Below, one piece after another: positions 39,521 to 49,175 of a DNA stretch of 64,000 nucleotides; the stretch's first letter is position 1, and each line of letters begins with the position of its first letter. The translations under genes and the position numbers were made by a program. Under the pieces are notes generated by a model that was not told the DNA's origin, did no database searches, and was given only the letters and a program-made list of their open reading frames with translations. The stretch is taken from positions 7,014-71,013 of the forward strand of contig CADEER010000007.1 in the NCBI GenBank assembly GCA_902826395.1, given 5' to 3'. This DNA is from an uncultured bacterium (GTDB lineage: Bacteria; Desulfobacterota; Binatia; HRBIN30; CADEER01).

Positions 39521-42376
39521 GTGGTGCTCGGGTCGTTGAATACCTGGTTGGGCGGCGCGGATCAGGCACGCCCGATCACCGTCGCCCGGCTGCGGAGATC
39601 GTTGTTAGGTGGGGGTGCTTCGCGCTGGAGCGTGGCAGCGCTGCTGCTTATCCTCACGGCTGCAACTCCCGCCACTGCGCAGGTCATCCCTTCGATTTCG
39701 GGCGATGCAAACTGCGACGGCCTTTTGTCCGATTCGGATGTGGCGCATGTCGCGGCAGAGTTGTCGGACGGCGACGGTGACCTCGCCGCGGATGCGGACG
39801 GCGGCGCCCTCGCGAGTTGCTCGGGTGCCGACGCCAACGGCGACGGTCGGCTGACGGCGGCCGATCTTCTTGCGGTAATGACAATTCTGCGCGGCCAGAG
39901 CTCGGAGATCTTCGCCCCGGGTCCGCAGATCACCTATGTCGGCGTGGCCGCTGCTGACGGAACGGTGCTCGAGGCCGAGAGAACCATGCCGATCGCGACC
40001 TTCCGGTCGGTCGCGCCTTTGGGGTTCCGCATCGTGGTGGAAGCGACCGTAGGGCCGTCGCGGCTGGCGGTGGGCCGAACAGTCTTCGATTACGATCCAT
40101 TGGATCCGTCGCGTGTCCCCGACATTCAGGTCCTACTTTCCCGTTCGGTGGGCGACGGCAGCCTCCCGGTCTGCGACACCACCCAAGGCGGGATCGCGGG
40201 CTCCGTGCCGTCGAGTTACGCAGAGGATCAGGTAGTTGCCGATCGACTCAACGACCTGGGCTGCCGCTTTCTCGCCGTCGGTAACCCCGCGGTCGCCTGT
40301 ACGGTCGACGACTTCGATCGTCGAGCCTTCGTCGATGGCGATTCACAGGTGCAATTTTGCATGAACGTCTCGAGCCTCGAGGCATTTGCCGACGGCGAGA
40401 CGATCGTCACGGCGCGTGTGCTGGACATCGCGGGCAACCCTGGATCGCCGGTTCAGGCGTCGATCTTCGTCGGCCTGGGAACTCCGCCGACCGAACCGCC
40501 GACGTCGACCCCCACCGCCACGCCGCCGCCCGCGACTTCGACGTCGACCGCGCCGCCCGATACCGCGACGGCCGTCGCAACGCCGTCTTCGACCCGCACG
40601 CCAACGACGCCCACGGGTGTGCCTACCGCGTCAGTGACAGGCACCCTGCCGGCGACGTTCACTGAGACGGCGACGCGCACGCCGACAGCTACCCGCAGCA
40701 ACACCGCGTCCGCGACGCGGACGCGCACCGCGACGCCGCGATCTACTGCCACCGCGACATCGACGCGAACCGTGACGCGAACCGCGACCCGCACGGACAC
40801 GATGGGTCCGACGCCGACAGGGACGCTGCCGACCGCGACGCGGACCCTGGTTCCGACGCGGACGCCGCGGCCGACCTTCACGTCGACGCGGACCCACACG
40901 GCGACGCGCACCTCGACGCCCAGCCACAGCGCGACCTTCACCCGCACGCGTCCGTTCACACGCACCTCGACGCCGACACCGACTCCGACCGGCCCGACTG
41001 CGACTCCGTCCGAGACGCGGACGTTCACGAACACGACGACGCGGAGTGCGACGCCCACTCCGACTCCGTCGCTGACCCGCACGCATACGGCGACGCGTAC
41101 CGCGACGTCTACCCCGACGACACCGGGTGCGCCGACGTTCACTCACACGCGTACGGCGACTCGCACCGCGACGGCCACTCCGACGACGCCGAGTGCGCCG
41201 ACGTTCACCCGTACGCGTACGCCAACGCGTACCCCGACGGCGACGCCGACCACGCCAGGTGCGCCGACGTTTACCCGCACACGAACACCGACCCGCACCG
41301 CTACGCCGACGAATACCCGGACGCGAACCCAGACCCAGACACCGACGCGCAGTGCGACGGTGACGCCTACGACGCCTGGGGCGCCGACATTTACGTCGAC
41401 CCGCACGCCGACTCGCTCGGCAACGCCGACCTCGACGCGCACCGAGACGCGAACCGGGACCGCGACGCGCACCCGAACCCCGAGCGCAACTCCAACCCGC
41501 ACTGGCACGCTGCCGCCGACGGCGACCTTCACGCTCACCCGCACCGCCAGCGTTACGCGCACGCCGACTCGCTCGGCTACGCCGACCGCGACGCCAACGA
41601 GTACCCGGACGCGTACCCAGACCCGGACGCCGACGCAGACCGGAACGGCGACTGCGTCGCCGACCGCGAGTCAGACCCCGACCGCCTCGAGGACCCGCAC
41701 GGCCAGCAGCACGCCGACCGAGAGCAGGACCCCGACGATCACCCGCACACCCACCCAGACGCGCACCCCCAGCAACACGCCACGGCCCGGCGCCGAGGTG
41801 ACCTTCTTGGGCCTGACGCGGCCGGATGACACGCTGGTCGAGCCGGTTGGCGTATCGCCTCAGGGGTACCCGATCTTCGATCGGCCGCTCGGTTTCTCGT
41901 TCAGCATCGTCGTCGAGGGCCGTCCGATTTCCCCTCTGCGCGGCATGGGCGAGTCCGCGTTTCGGTGGGATCCCGGCGATCCAACCGTTCGCCCGGATCT
42001 CGAGGTGATCGTCTCCAATCCGCTCGGCAACGGCAGCACTCTGGTCTGCGACAACGAGCCGCCGGACATCGGCGGCGTTCCGAGCTCGACGGGCTTCCTC
42101 GATGACCAGCAGGTGGCCAACGCCGTCAACGACTTCGGCTGTCGCTTCGTCAACGGCGAGGGGGTGCCGACGGCGAGAGGTCCCAACGATGCCTGCACCG
42201 CATTCGCGGACGGCCTGTTCCACTTCGTCGACTCGACCAGCCGTGTTCAATTCTGTGGTCAGATCGCCGAGCCGTTTGCCTTCCCGGTCGGCGAGACCCA
42301 GGTCACGGTGCGGCTGCGCGACCGATTCGGAGCAGTTGGCCCGGCGTCTGCCATGATCATCCGTGTCCGCCCTTGA
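39521..42376 (+). CDS. Secreted protein with N-terminal dockerin-like duplicated Ca-binding segment, two homologous ~200-aa domains of unknown function, and a ~430-aa Thr/Pro/Arg/Ala repeat linker
   Basis: Two DxNxDGxxxxxD loops (DANCDGLLSDSD; DANGDGRLTAAD) each followed by a helix (type-I dockerin pattern). The domain at aa ~130-330 is repeated at aa ~760-951 (…RPDLEVIVSNPLGNGSTLVCDNEPPDIGGVPSS… vs …VPDIQVLLSRSVGDGSLPVCDTTQGGIAGSVPSS…). Exact start ambiguous (GTG at 39521 abuts the RBS). Confidence 0.7.
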   Translation: MVLGSLNTWLGGADQARPITVARLRRSLLGGGASRWSVAALLLILTAATPATAQVIPSISGDANCDGLLSDSDVAHVAAELSDGDGDLAADADGGALASCSGADANGDGRLTAADLLAVMTILRGQSSEIFAPGPQITYVGVAAADGTVLEAERTMPIATFRSVAPLGFRIVVEATVGPSRLAVGRTVFDYDPLDPSRVPDIQVLLSRSVGDGSLPVCDTTQGGIAGSVPSSYAEDQVVADRLNDLGCRFLAVGNPAVACTVDDFDRRAFVDGDSQVQFCMNVSSLEAFADGETIVTARVLDIAGNPGSPVQASIFVGLGTPPTEPPTSTPTATPPPATSTSTAPPDTATAVATPSSTRTPTTPTGVPTASVTGTLPATFTETATRTPTATRSNTASATRTRTATPRSTATATSTRTVTRTATRTDTMGPTPTGTLPTATRTLVPTRTPRPTFTSTRTHTATRTSTPSHSATFTRTRPFTRTSTPTPTPTGPTATPSETRTFTNTTTRSATPTPTPSLTRTHTATRTATSTPTTPGAPTFTHTRTATRTATATPTTPSAPTFTRTRTPTRTPTATPTTPGAPTFTRTRTPTRTATPTNTRTRTQTQTPTRSATVTPTTPGAPTFTSTRTPTRSATPTSTRTETRTGTATRTRTPSATPTRTGTLPPTATFTLTRTASVTRTPTRSATPTATPTSTRTRTQTRTPTQTGTATASPTASQTPTASRTRTASSTPTESRTPTITRTPTQTRTPSNTPRPGAEVTFLGLTRPDDTLVEPVGVSPQGYPIFDRPLGFSFSIVVEGRPISPLRGMGESAFRWDPGDPTVRPDLEVIVSNPLGNGSTLVCDNEPPDIGGVPSSTGFLDDQQVANAVNDFGCRFVNGEGVPTARGPNDACTAFADGLFHFVDSTSRVQFCGQIAEPFAFPVGETQVTVRLRDRFGAVGPASAMIIRVRP
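41075..41400 (+). repeat. In-frame ~66-nt tandem repeats (x5, degenerate) encoding TRTxTRTATxTPTTPGAPTFTR units within the T/P-rich linker
   Basis: Seen directly; the repeat unit ends …ccgacgacgccgggtgcgccgacgttcac. Confidence 0.6.
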
Positions 42377-42566
42377 GCGGAGCGTCCTCAACGACGCGAT
42401 CCACGAGGGCCGACGTTGACTCGGATGCGGTCATTCTGTAGCTTCTGCCGCAGTACCGCGATGGACAGTTCGTCATCGCCCGCTGTGTGCGCCGCACACG
42501 CCCGGAGCCGAGAACGCGAAGCAGGTTTGGAACGGTTGCGTGCGCGCGGCGTTGGAGGAGCGTTAA

Positions 42567-42737
42567 ATGGCTGAAAAGAGAGCAAAAACCGCTCAAAAGG
42601 GCGGCGCTGCCGTGATCCGTCATCAGTGCCCGAGCTGCGGCTCGGACAGTCGCGTGACCTATTTCACCGGCTACGGCCCAAAGGGCTACTTCTGGGTGTG
42701 TGAGAAAGGGTGCGGCTACACGGCGCGCACCAAATAG
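42567..42737 (+). CDS. 56-aa zinc-ribbon mini-protein (absent from the ORF track, below the length cut-off)
   Basis: RBS GGAGGA 7 nt upstream of ATG. MAEKRAKTAQKGGAAVIRHQCPSCGSDSRVTYFTGYGPKGYFWVCEKGCGYTARTK. Local GC lower than surroundings. Confidence 0.55.
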   Translation: MAEKRAKTAQKGGAAVIRHQCPSCGSDSRVTYFTGYGPKGYFWVCEKGCGYTARTK

Positions 42738-42764
42738 AGCGGGTGGATCTGAGGAGGAGTCGAC

Positions 42765-43160
42765 ATGGCTTCGACGAAGGCCAAGAAGACACCGTCAAAG
42801 AAGGAACGTGGCGCGAAAGCTCCAGGCAAGTCGCGTAAGTCACAGTCCGTTCTTTCCGGTGACGATTCGCAGAGCGAGGACAGCGATCTTCCCAAAGACG
42901 AGACCGGGCGGCGCAAGATCAAGCGCCAGTACGAAACCTTGCTCGGTATTCGCATTGAGAAGCTGAAGGGTCGGATCCTCAACCGAGAGCGGATCAACAA
43001 GACCATCGAGGGCGTCTACTTCATCTGTGCAAGGTGCAAGAAGGTCTGCCACAACATGGACGACGGTTTGGTGGAAGATCCCAACAACGTCGACAACACC
43101 TGCGGCTCCTGCGAGAAGCCGAAGAAGGACAAGGACAAGCGCAAGCAAGCCGCGGCTTGA
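42765..43160 (+). CDS. Lysine-rich basic protein with C-terminal C4 zinc ribbon (CARC…CGSC), 131 aa
   Basis: RBS GGAGGAG 5 nt upstream. Histone-H1-like K/S/P-rich N-terminus, acidic stretch, Zn ribbon, KKDKDKRK tail. GC ~55% vs ~68% background. Confidence 0.6.
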   Translation: MASTKAKKTPSKKERGAKAPGKSRKSQSVLSGDDSQSEDSDLPKDETGRRKIKRQYETLLGIRIEKLKGRILNRERINKTIEGVYFICARCKKVCHNMDDGLVEDPNNVDNTCGSCEKPKKDKDKRKQAAA

Positions 43161-43191
43161 GCGATCATCGCCGCGGCGGACCCGCCCTTGG

Positions 43192-44115
43192 TCAGCCGAG
43201 ATCGCGCGCGAAGGGCGCTGGACGGGCCGCGATTACTATCGCCGCGCCACTCATCGGGTGGGCGAGTTCGATCTCGGCAGCGTGCAACATCAATCGGTCG
43301 GCGTCGCTACCGCCGTATAGATCGTCGCCGGTGATCGGATGTCCGAGGGCGGCGAGATGCGCGCGCACCTGATGGCGTGCGCCCGAGTGGATTTCCACTT
43401 CGAGAAGGGTGTGAGTGCCGAACCTGGCTACGGGGCGGTACTGCGTCTCTGCGGCTCGAGCCGTCTCGCTGAGCCCGGCGTCAACCACTTCTACGCGACG
43501 AGGATCACCGGGCTTGTTGCGAATTGCTCCGCGGCAGATGCCCGATGCATGCACCGCACCGTCGACCATCGCGCAGTATCGTTTCACGACGTCGCGTCGC
43601 CGAAAGGCGGCGCGTAGATCGCTGTGCGCCGCCGAAGATCGCGCCGCCAACAGCACTCCCGACGTTGCGGTGTCGAGCCGGTGTACGAACCCCGCTTCCA
43701 GTCGATCGAGGGCCGCCGTCTCGGGGAAGCTCCCGATCAGAAAGTTGGCTGCGGTGTCGACTTCGAGGACGTTCTGCGCGACCGAGGGCATACCGCACGG
43801 CTTGTCGATCGCGACGAGGTGATCGTCGACATAAATGATCGCCAATGGCGGCCGAGTCTGCGGGCGCAGGCATGTCACGGCGAGGAGATCGGCGCCGACC
43901 TTGACCCGATCGCCTGGTCTGAGGCGGGAGCCTTTGTGTGCTCGAGATCCGTTTAGCCGGATGCGGCCGGCCGCGATTAGCTCGGAGAGAATCCGCCGCG
44001 ACAAGTGCGGTAGCGCGGTGCGGAGAAAGTGATCGAGACGGCTAGGGACGCCGACTGCCAACTCGCTCCATTGATCGTTGGGATTCGCGTTGGGGGGCGG
44101 GTCTCGAGGGGACAC
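43192..44115 (-). CDS. RluA-family pseudouridine synthase (RluC/RluD-like) with N-terminal S4 domain
   Basis: HRLDxxTSG catalytic motif (VHRLDTATSGVLL), S4-like RIRLNGSRAHKGSRLRPGD. Putative GTG start 5 nt after the upstream stop. Confidence 0.8.
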   Translation of the reverse strand: MSPRDPPPNANPNDQWSELAVGVPSRLDHFLRTALPHLSRRILSELIAAGRIRLNGSRAHKGSRLRPGDRVKVGADLLAVTCLRPQTRPPLAIIYVDDHLVAIDKPCGMPSVAQNVLEVDTAANFLIGSFPETAALDRLEAGFVHRLDTATSGVLLAARSSAAHSDLRAAFRRRDVVKRYCAMVDGAVHASGICRGAIRNKPGDPRRVEVVDAGLSETARAAETQYRPVARFGTHTLLEVEIHSGARHQVRAHLAALGHPITGDDLYGGSDADRLMLHAAEIELAHPMSGAAIVIAARPAPFARDLG

Positions 44116-44119
44116 GGCG

Positions 44120-44986
44120 TCACCCTTGCTGCCGCGGCGGTGGTGCCACCAGGTTCTCCGTGACGTATGCGAACACCCGACGCGAGAAGAGCATGGACAG
44201 GCGGCCGAGGTCGTGGACTTCCAGGTTGAAAGCGCCCGGGTAGTACGCGGATTCGCGGGGCTCGATCCAACCGTCGCCGTCGGAGTAGACCGCAACGGCG
44301 TCGAAGGGCCGCGGCGTCGGATCCATCGCGGCCACCGCTTCGATGTAGGCAGCACCGGGGCGCACGCTCGCCGTGGCGAGCGGGCCGGCGTTTCCGCCGT
44401 GCGGAGTGGCCATGGTCAGAATGCGCCCAAAGGTCCGATCGCGCGCCGCCAATTGGCGCGCCAGTAGTCCGCAGCCGCCGATTGCGACGAGCACGATCGG
44501 CAACGTGGCGAGCGGAGGTCGAGTGTGATCGCCGATCATCGCGCGGATAGAGCCGGCGACCGCATCGACATCGGCCGCATCCAGCGGCCGCGCCCGCGTG
44601 GTGTGCGTCAACACATGCCAACCTTCACCGCGCAAACGGCGCACGAGGAGCCAGGATGCGGCGGACAGGAGGGGCTCGTGGAGGATCACGACTGCTGGGC
44701 GTGTGGTGTCCGGCTCTGCACGGCGCTGCGGGCAGAGCGCCGCGATCGGGGCCGCGAAGGCGAGCAGTGTCGCGAACAGCTCATCGAGGAAGGCGCGCAC
44801 GCTGAGCCGCGGTGCCGGATTGCGCCGAGCGCCCGCGCCATTTGTCGGTGCGGGCGGTCGCAATCGGCGCCAGTGCAGTGCCGCGTTGGTGGCGGCCGCC
44901 GTCAGCGGCGCCGTCACGGCGATCGAGGCGCAAACGGCGATCCAGCTCACGGTTGCGGGCTTATCCGATGCGCGGGCACGCTGCAA
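44120..44986 (-). CDS. Alpha/beta-hydrolase-fold protein (putative esterase/lipase-like; nucleophile elbow atypical)
   Basis: VVILHEPLLSAASW… and …LVAIGGCGLLAR… with a TPHGG downstream pattern resemble the alpha/beta hydrolase core, but no canonical GxSxG. Start uncertain. Confidence 0.5.
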   Translation of the reverse strand: MQRARASDKPATVSWIAVCASIAVTAPLTAAATNAALHWRRLRPPAPTNGAGARRNPAPRLSVRAFLDELFATLLAFAAPIAALCPQRRAEPDTTRPAVVILHEPLLSAASWLLVRRLRGEGWHVLTHTTRARPLDAADVDAVAGSIRAMIGDHTRPPLATLPIVLVAIGGCGLLARQLAARDRTFGRILTMATPHGGNAGPLATASVRPGAAYIEAVAAMDPTPRPFDAVAVYSDGDGWIEPRESAYYPGAFNLEVHDLGRLSMLFSRRVFAYVTENLVAPPPRQQG

Positions 44987-45114
44987 AAGCGCTGTCGACC
45001 TTGCTTGCTATCGCGATACCCATCCGGGATGATCGCCGGCGCTCGACGCGGTCCGATCGGCGGGGTGTGAACGACCCGCAGCGGTTCACCGCGGTTGGAA
45101 GGGTAGGGAGAAGA

Positions 45115-46203
45115 ATGGGGGCCAGAGTCGGACGAGGCAGCGACGCGGCGCAGCGCTATGCAGTCGTGATGGCGGGCGGCGTCGGATCGCGCTTCTGGCC
45201 GCACAGCCGCCGGCGCCGTCCCAAGCAGTTCCTGAACGTCCAGGGCGACGATTCCTTGCTCGAGGCGACGGTGCGCCGACTTCGCGGCCTCGTGCCGGAC
45301 GAGCGGATCCTCGTCGTCGCGGGCCCCGAGTTCACACCGTTGATTCGCGATCACCTGCCCTCTTTGCCGCCGGAGAACTTGATCGTCGAGCCGGCGGCGC
45401 GCGGTACCGCTCCCTGCCTCGGTTTGGCAGCGCGAGTGATCGAGCGCCGCGACCCGCGGGCCGTAATGGCCGTCTTCCCCGCCGATCACGTCATTCAGCC
45501 GTTGTCGACGTTCCACCGCACCGTTGGAGCCGCTTTCGCGGTCGCCGAGCGCGAGCGCTGCCTGGTTACTTTCGGGATCGCTCCGACGGGTCCGGCGACG
45601 GGATTTGGCTACATCGAGGTAGGGGCGGAGCTGCGGCGCGGGCGGCCGAAGGTATTTGCGGCGATGCGATTCGTCGAGAAGCCGGACGTTGCCACGGCCA
45701 AGCGCTATCTGGGCACGGGTCGATACCTCTGGAACTCGGGGATGTTCGTATGGCGGGTCGACGTGCTGCGCGAGGCACTGGAGCGCTATGAGCCGGCGAT
45801 CGCGCGCGCCGTCGACGCGCTGACGGCGACTTCCGACGGTCGTTCGCGATTGTTCGAGGAGTTGCGATCGGTGTCGATCGACGTGGCGGTCATGGAGCGG
45901 GCCGAACGGGTTGCGGTCGTGGCTAGCGAGTTCGAATGGAATGACGTCGGAAGCTGGGCCGCGATGGAAGCGATATGGCCGCGCGACGGGCACGGCAACG
46001 CCGCACGTGGCCCGGTGTTGCAGATCGATTGCCGCAATACAGTGGCGAGTGCCGATGGCCGGCTCATCGCCATGGTGGGGGTCGAGGACCTGATCGTCGT
46101 CGACAGCCCCGACGCGATTCTCATCTGCCCCAAGGACCGCGCCGAAGAGGTCCGCCGCGTCGTTGACGCGCTCGCCAAGGGTGGCGACGGCAAGTACCTG
46201 TGA
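45115..46203 (+). CDS. manC: Mannose-1-phosphate guanylyltransferase (GDP-mannose pyrophosphorylase, NTP-transferase family)
   Basis: VVMAGGVGSRFWP nucleotidyltransferase G-rich loop, …RYLWNSGMFVW…, ~360 aa. Confidence 0.85.
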   Translation: MGARVGRGSDAAQRYAVVMAGGVGSRFWPHSRRRRPKQFLNVQGDDSLLEATVRRLRGLVPDERILVVAGPEFTPLIRDHLPSLPPENLIVEPAARGTAPCLGLAARVIERRDPRAVMAVFPADHVIQPLSTFHRTVGAAFAVAERERCLVTFGIAPTGPATGFGYIEVGAELRRGRPKVFAAMRFVEKPDVATAKRYLGTGRYLWNSGMFVWRVDVLREALERYEPAIARAVDALTATSDGRSRLFEELRSVSIDVAVMERAERVAVVASEFEWNDVGSWAAMEAIWPRDGHGNAARGPVLQIDCRNTVASADGRLIAMVGVEDLIVVDSPDAILICPKDRAEEVRRVVDALAKGGDGKYL

Positions 46204-46342
46204 GCCGGCCGCCAGCGCGGCAGCCTTTCGGATGCTGCGCGCGGTCGTGCTATCTTGCCCCTTCTTCTTGAGCGAAGCCGAGACGCGCGCCAGCAGTTTC
46301 GCGATTCTCGGCATCCAGCGTATTACCTGACCAGGACAAACG

Positions 46343-48952
46343 ATGAGCGAACCCGCGTTGCAACTACCGGTCGAGGCGACCGCGAGGATGGCCGGCGCCG
46401 CACCGGTACCCCTGAATCGGTTCGTGCGCTGGTTGTGCAGCGTCCTCGTGACCGGTGTGCAGATCACTCCCGAGGCGGTGCGTCGCATTCGAAGCCTCGC
46501 GGAGCGGGGCTCCATCGTCTACGTGCTGCGCAGCCGCTCGTGGGTGGACTGCCTGCTGGTGACGTACGTGCTCGAGCGCGAAGGCTTGCCGGCTCCATCG
46601 TTCGCCAACGACATGCGAGCTCTGTGGATGCGGCCGCTGTCGGCCATCCTGCGCAACCTTTGGTCGGGATTCTCGGAGTTGCGCCCGCGCTCTCGCGAGT
46701 TGCGCGCCTTCGCCGATCGCAAGCATTGTCGCGAGCTCGTGGCGCGTGGCCACCCGGTGTTGTTGTTCCTGCGCGGCCGCAAGCCACGCCTGCGACTCGG
46801 CAAGCGGCGTCGCCTTCTCGGCGAGCATCACGGCCGCGACTACATTCGCGAGATCGTACACGACAACTGGACGTCCGACCGCGAGGTGTTCTTCGTCCCG
46901 CTGGCGCCCCTGCGTGGTCGCGGCATGCGCCGCAAGGAATCGCGACTGGCTGCGCTCGTGTACAGTTTGCAGGAAACGCCCAGCGAGGGACGCCGCATCC
47001 TATCGCTCTTGTGGAATCGTCACGACACATCCATCAGCGCTGGGGTCGAAGTGGGCCTGCGCGAGACGGTGGCGCGTCATCATCGCGAAGGAGAGGAGCG
47101 AACAGTACGCCGCCTGGCCCGACAACTTCAGATCTATCTGTATCGCGAGGAACGCGTGGTCTGGGGGCCGCTGCTGCTGCCGAAGCCGCAAGTGTGCAGC
47201 CTCGTTCTCGGTACGGCCGACGTCGAGGAGACGATTCAGACTTTGGCGCGTGAAGGGGGCGAAACTGAGGAACAACTCCGCCGGCGCGCCGCCCGCTACA
47301 TCGACGAGATGGCCGCGGACTTCAAGAAGGCCTACTTCTCGATTCTCGAGCTCGCCTTCAATTGGATCTGGCCGCGCATGTTCGCCGGTCTCGAGTACAT
47401 CGGTCTCGAGCGAGTGATCGATTGCGTGAAGAAGCACCCAGTGGTCCTGGTCCCCTGTCACCGAAGCCACTTCGACTATCTGATCCTCAGCTATCTCTTC
47501 CACATGCGCTACGTCAGCCCGCCGCACATCGCGGCCGGCATCAATCTGTCGTTCTGGCCGATGGGGCCGTTGTTTCGCGGGGCTGGCGCGTACTTCATCC
47601 GCCGTTCCTTCGAAGGCGACGAGTTGTACAAGGCGGTCTTCCGCCAGTATCTGACCTTTCTGATCCGCGAAGGCTACACGCAAGAGTTCTTCATCGAAGG
47701 CGGGCGCAGTCGGACCGGGAAGCTGCTGCCGCCGAAACTGGGGATGTTGTCGGCGATCGTCGACGCGTTCTCGCACGGCGTGCGGCGCGATCTCTATTTC
47801 GTCCCGGTCGCGATTCACTACGGCAGGGTCGTCGAGGAGGACGCTTACAAGCGCGAGCTCGAGGGCGCTGAAAAACAGCCCGAGTCACTGCTCGGGTTGC
47901 TGCAGGCGCGGCGCATGTTGCGACGCCGCCACGGCACCGTCTACGTCTCGTTCGGCAAGCCTGTGTCGCTCAACGAATGCCTCGGCGACGAGCGCGAACG
48001 CTTCCGGGCAGGCGGCGAAGCCGTCGAAGAGGAGAAGCGCAAGTTCGTCAGTAAGCTCGGCCTGCGCCTACTTCGCGACATCAATCGAGCCAGCGTCGTC
48101 GGCGCGACCTCGGTCTCGGCGACGGTGTTGTTGAGTGCGGACGGTGGTGCCTGCCGAGATGTCGTGTTCGTGCAACGTGCACGCGCGGTCGTGTCATTCT
48201 TGCGGCGGCGCGCGATTCGGCTCACTGCGTCGTTGGAGCGGAACGACGCTGATGATTTTCGCGAGAGTCTGGTGTTCCTCGAGAGCGGTGGGCTGACCAA
48301 GCGAATGTCGGGAATGGGCGGCGAGGTCGTCTACGTGCCGGCCGATCGGCGCATGGCGCTCGACTTTTACAAGAACAACGCCATTCACTATTTCCTGCTG
48401 ACCGCCCTGCTGATCGACTCGATCCGCCGAGGAAAGTTAGGCGCCGCCGTTACTCAGGACGTCGAATGGTGGCTTGATCTCTTGCGCTGGGAATTTCCGC
48501 TGCCGGATCGGCGCGCTGTCGATCGCGAGCTCGGCGATCTGCGCGAAGTGCTACGAGCCGAAGGTGTCCTCGTCGACGGCGAGTTGGTGAAATCCCATCC
48601 GCTGTTGCCGACCGTGCTGTGTGTCCTGGATCCGTTTCGGGAGGCATACTGGGTCGTGGCGCGGGTACTGGACGAGTTGCCGGCCGAGGGGCTGAGTCGC
48701 AAGTCGATTCTCGACCGCTCGCATCGGCATCACGAAACGGCTTTGCTGCTCAACGAGTTGCGTCGCTCGGAGGGTGGGTCGCTGGTGATCTTCGGCAATG
48801 CCCTGAAGCGGTACGCGGAGATCGGCATCATCGAGCAAGGCAAGGGACGGGACCCCATCCTGAAGCCGGGACCCCGTCGCGGTGACCTCGCGGCCATCGA
48901 GGCGGCGATCGCCGAAAGTCTGGCCGGGCGGGCGACTCCGGACCTGCCTTGA
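46343..48952 (+). CDS. plsB: Glycerol-3-phosphate 1-O-acyltransferase PlsB
   Basis: HxxxxD acyltransferase motif CHRSHFDYLIL, FIRRSF, FIEGGRSRTGKLLPPKLG, 869 aa (PlsB-size). Confidence 0.85.
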   Translation: MSEPALQLPVEATARMAGAAPVPLNRFVRWLCSVLVTGVQITPEAVRRIRSLAERGSIVYVLRSRSWVDCLLVTYVLEREGLPAPSFANDMRALWMRPLSAILRNLWSGFSELRPRSRELRAFADRKHCRELVARGHPVLLFLRGRKPRLRLGKRRRLLGEHHGRDYIREIVHDNWTSDREVFFVPLAPLRGRGMRRKESRLAALVYSLQETPSEGRRILSLLWNRHDTSISAGVEVGLRETVARHHREGEERTVRRLARQLQIYLYREERVVWGPLLLPKPQVCSLVLGTADVEETIQTLAREGGETEEQLRRRAARYIDEMAADFKKAYFSILELAFNWIWPRMFAGLEYIGLERVIDCVKKHPVVLVPCHRSHFDYLILSYLFHMRYVSPPHIAAGINLSFWPMGPLFRGAGAYFIRRSFEGDELYKAVFRQYLTFLIREGYTQEFFIEGGRSRTGKLLPPKLGMLSAIVDAFSHGVRRDLYFVPVAIHYGRVVEEDAYKRELEGAEKQPESLLGLLQARRMLRRRHGTVYVSFGKPVSLNECLGDERERFRAGGEAVEEEKRKFVSKLGLRLLRDINRASVVGATSVSATVLLSADGGACRDVVFVQRARAVVSFLRRRAIRLTASLERNDADDFRESLVFLESGGLTKRMSGMGGEVVYVPADRRMALDFYKNNAIHYFLLTALLIDSIRRGKLGAAVTQDVEWWLDLLRWEFPLPDRRAVDRELGDLREVLRAEGVLVDGELVKSHPLLPTVLCVLDPFREAYWVVARVLDELPAEGLSRKSILDRSHRHHETALLLNELRRSEGGSLVIFGNALKRYAEIGIIEQGKGRDPILKPGPRRGDLAAIEAAIAESLAGRATPDLP

Positions 48953-49128
48953 CGGGCGGTGCGCGGCCTTGGGGGCCGCGGTAGCAGGTCGCGGGAGGTG
49001 CGTTCGAGCCTCCTCTTATTCGAGCGATTAGGGGATTTCGTCCGCTGTCGCGGACGGCTGAGTTGACCGCATGAAGGGCCCGTGATGTGCTGACGCAGTT
49101 TGTAATCCACCCTGCGATCCCGCGGAAT

Positions 49129-49157
49129 TTGACTAACAAAAAGAATCATATTAATGC
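49129..49157 (+). promoter_or_regulatory. Candidate sigma70-type promoter (TTGACT-17-TAATGC) in an AT-rich patch upstream of the respiratory gene cluster
   Basis: Only conspicuously AT-rich stretch within ~3 kb; hexamers read directly. Not validated. Confidence 0.25.
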
Positions 49158-49175
49158 CCGGGCGCGCTTCTTTCG

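Noticed and set aside
40493-41789. Possibility that the regular repeats are a CRISPR array
   Set aside because: The repeats are in frame within a long coding sequence, degenerate at the DNA level, and have no unique spacers of constant length.
40631-42391. 586-aa extremely Arg-rich minus-strand ORF
   Set aside because: It is the reverse complement of the in-frame Thr/Pro repeat array; the repeats keep the antisense frame open by chance.
42357-42623. 88-aa minus-strand ORF overlapping the 56-aa zinc-ribbon ORF
   Set aside because: The + strand ORF has a consensus RBS at ideal spacing and a recognisable zinc ribbon; the minus ORF has neither.
44947-46515. 522-aa minus-strand ORF opposite manC and the plsB start
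   Set aside because: Antisense to two well-supported genes.
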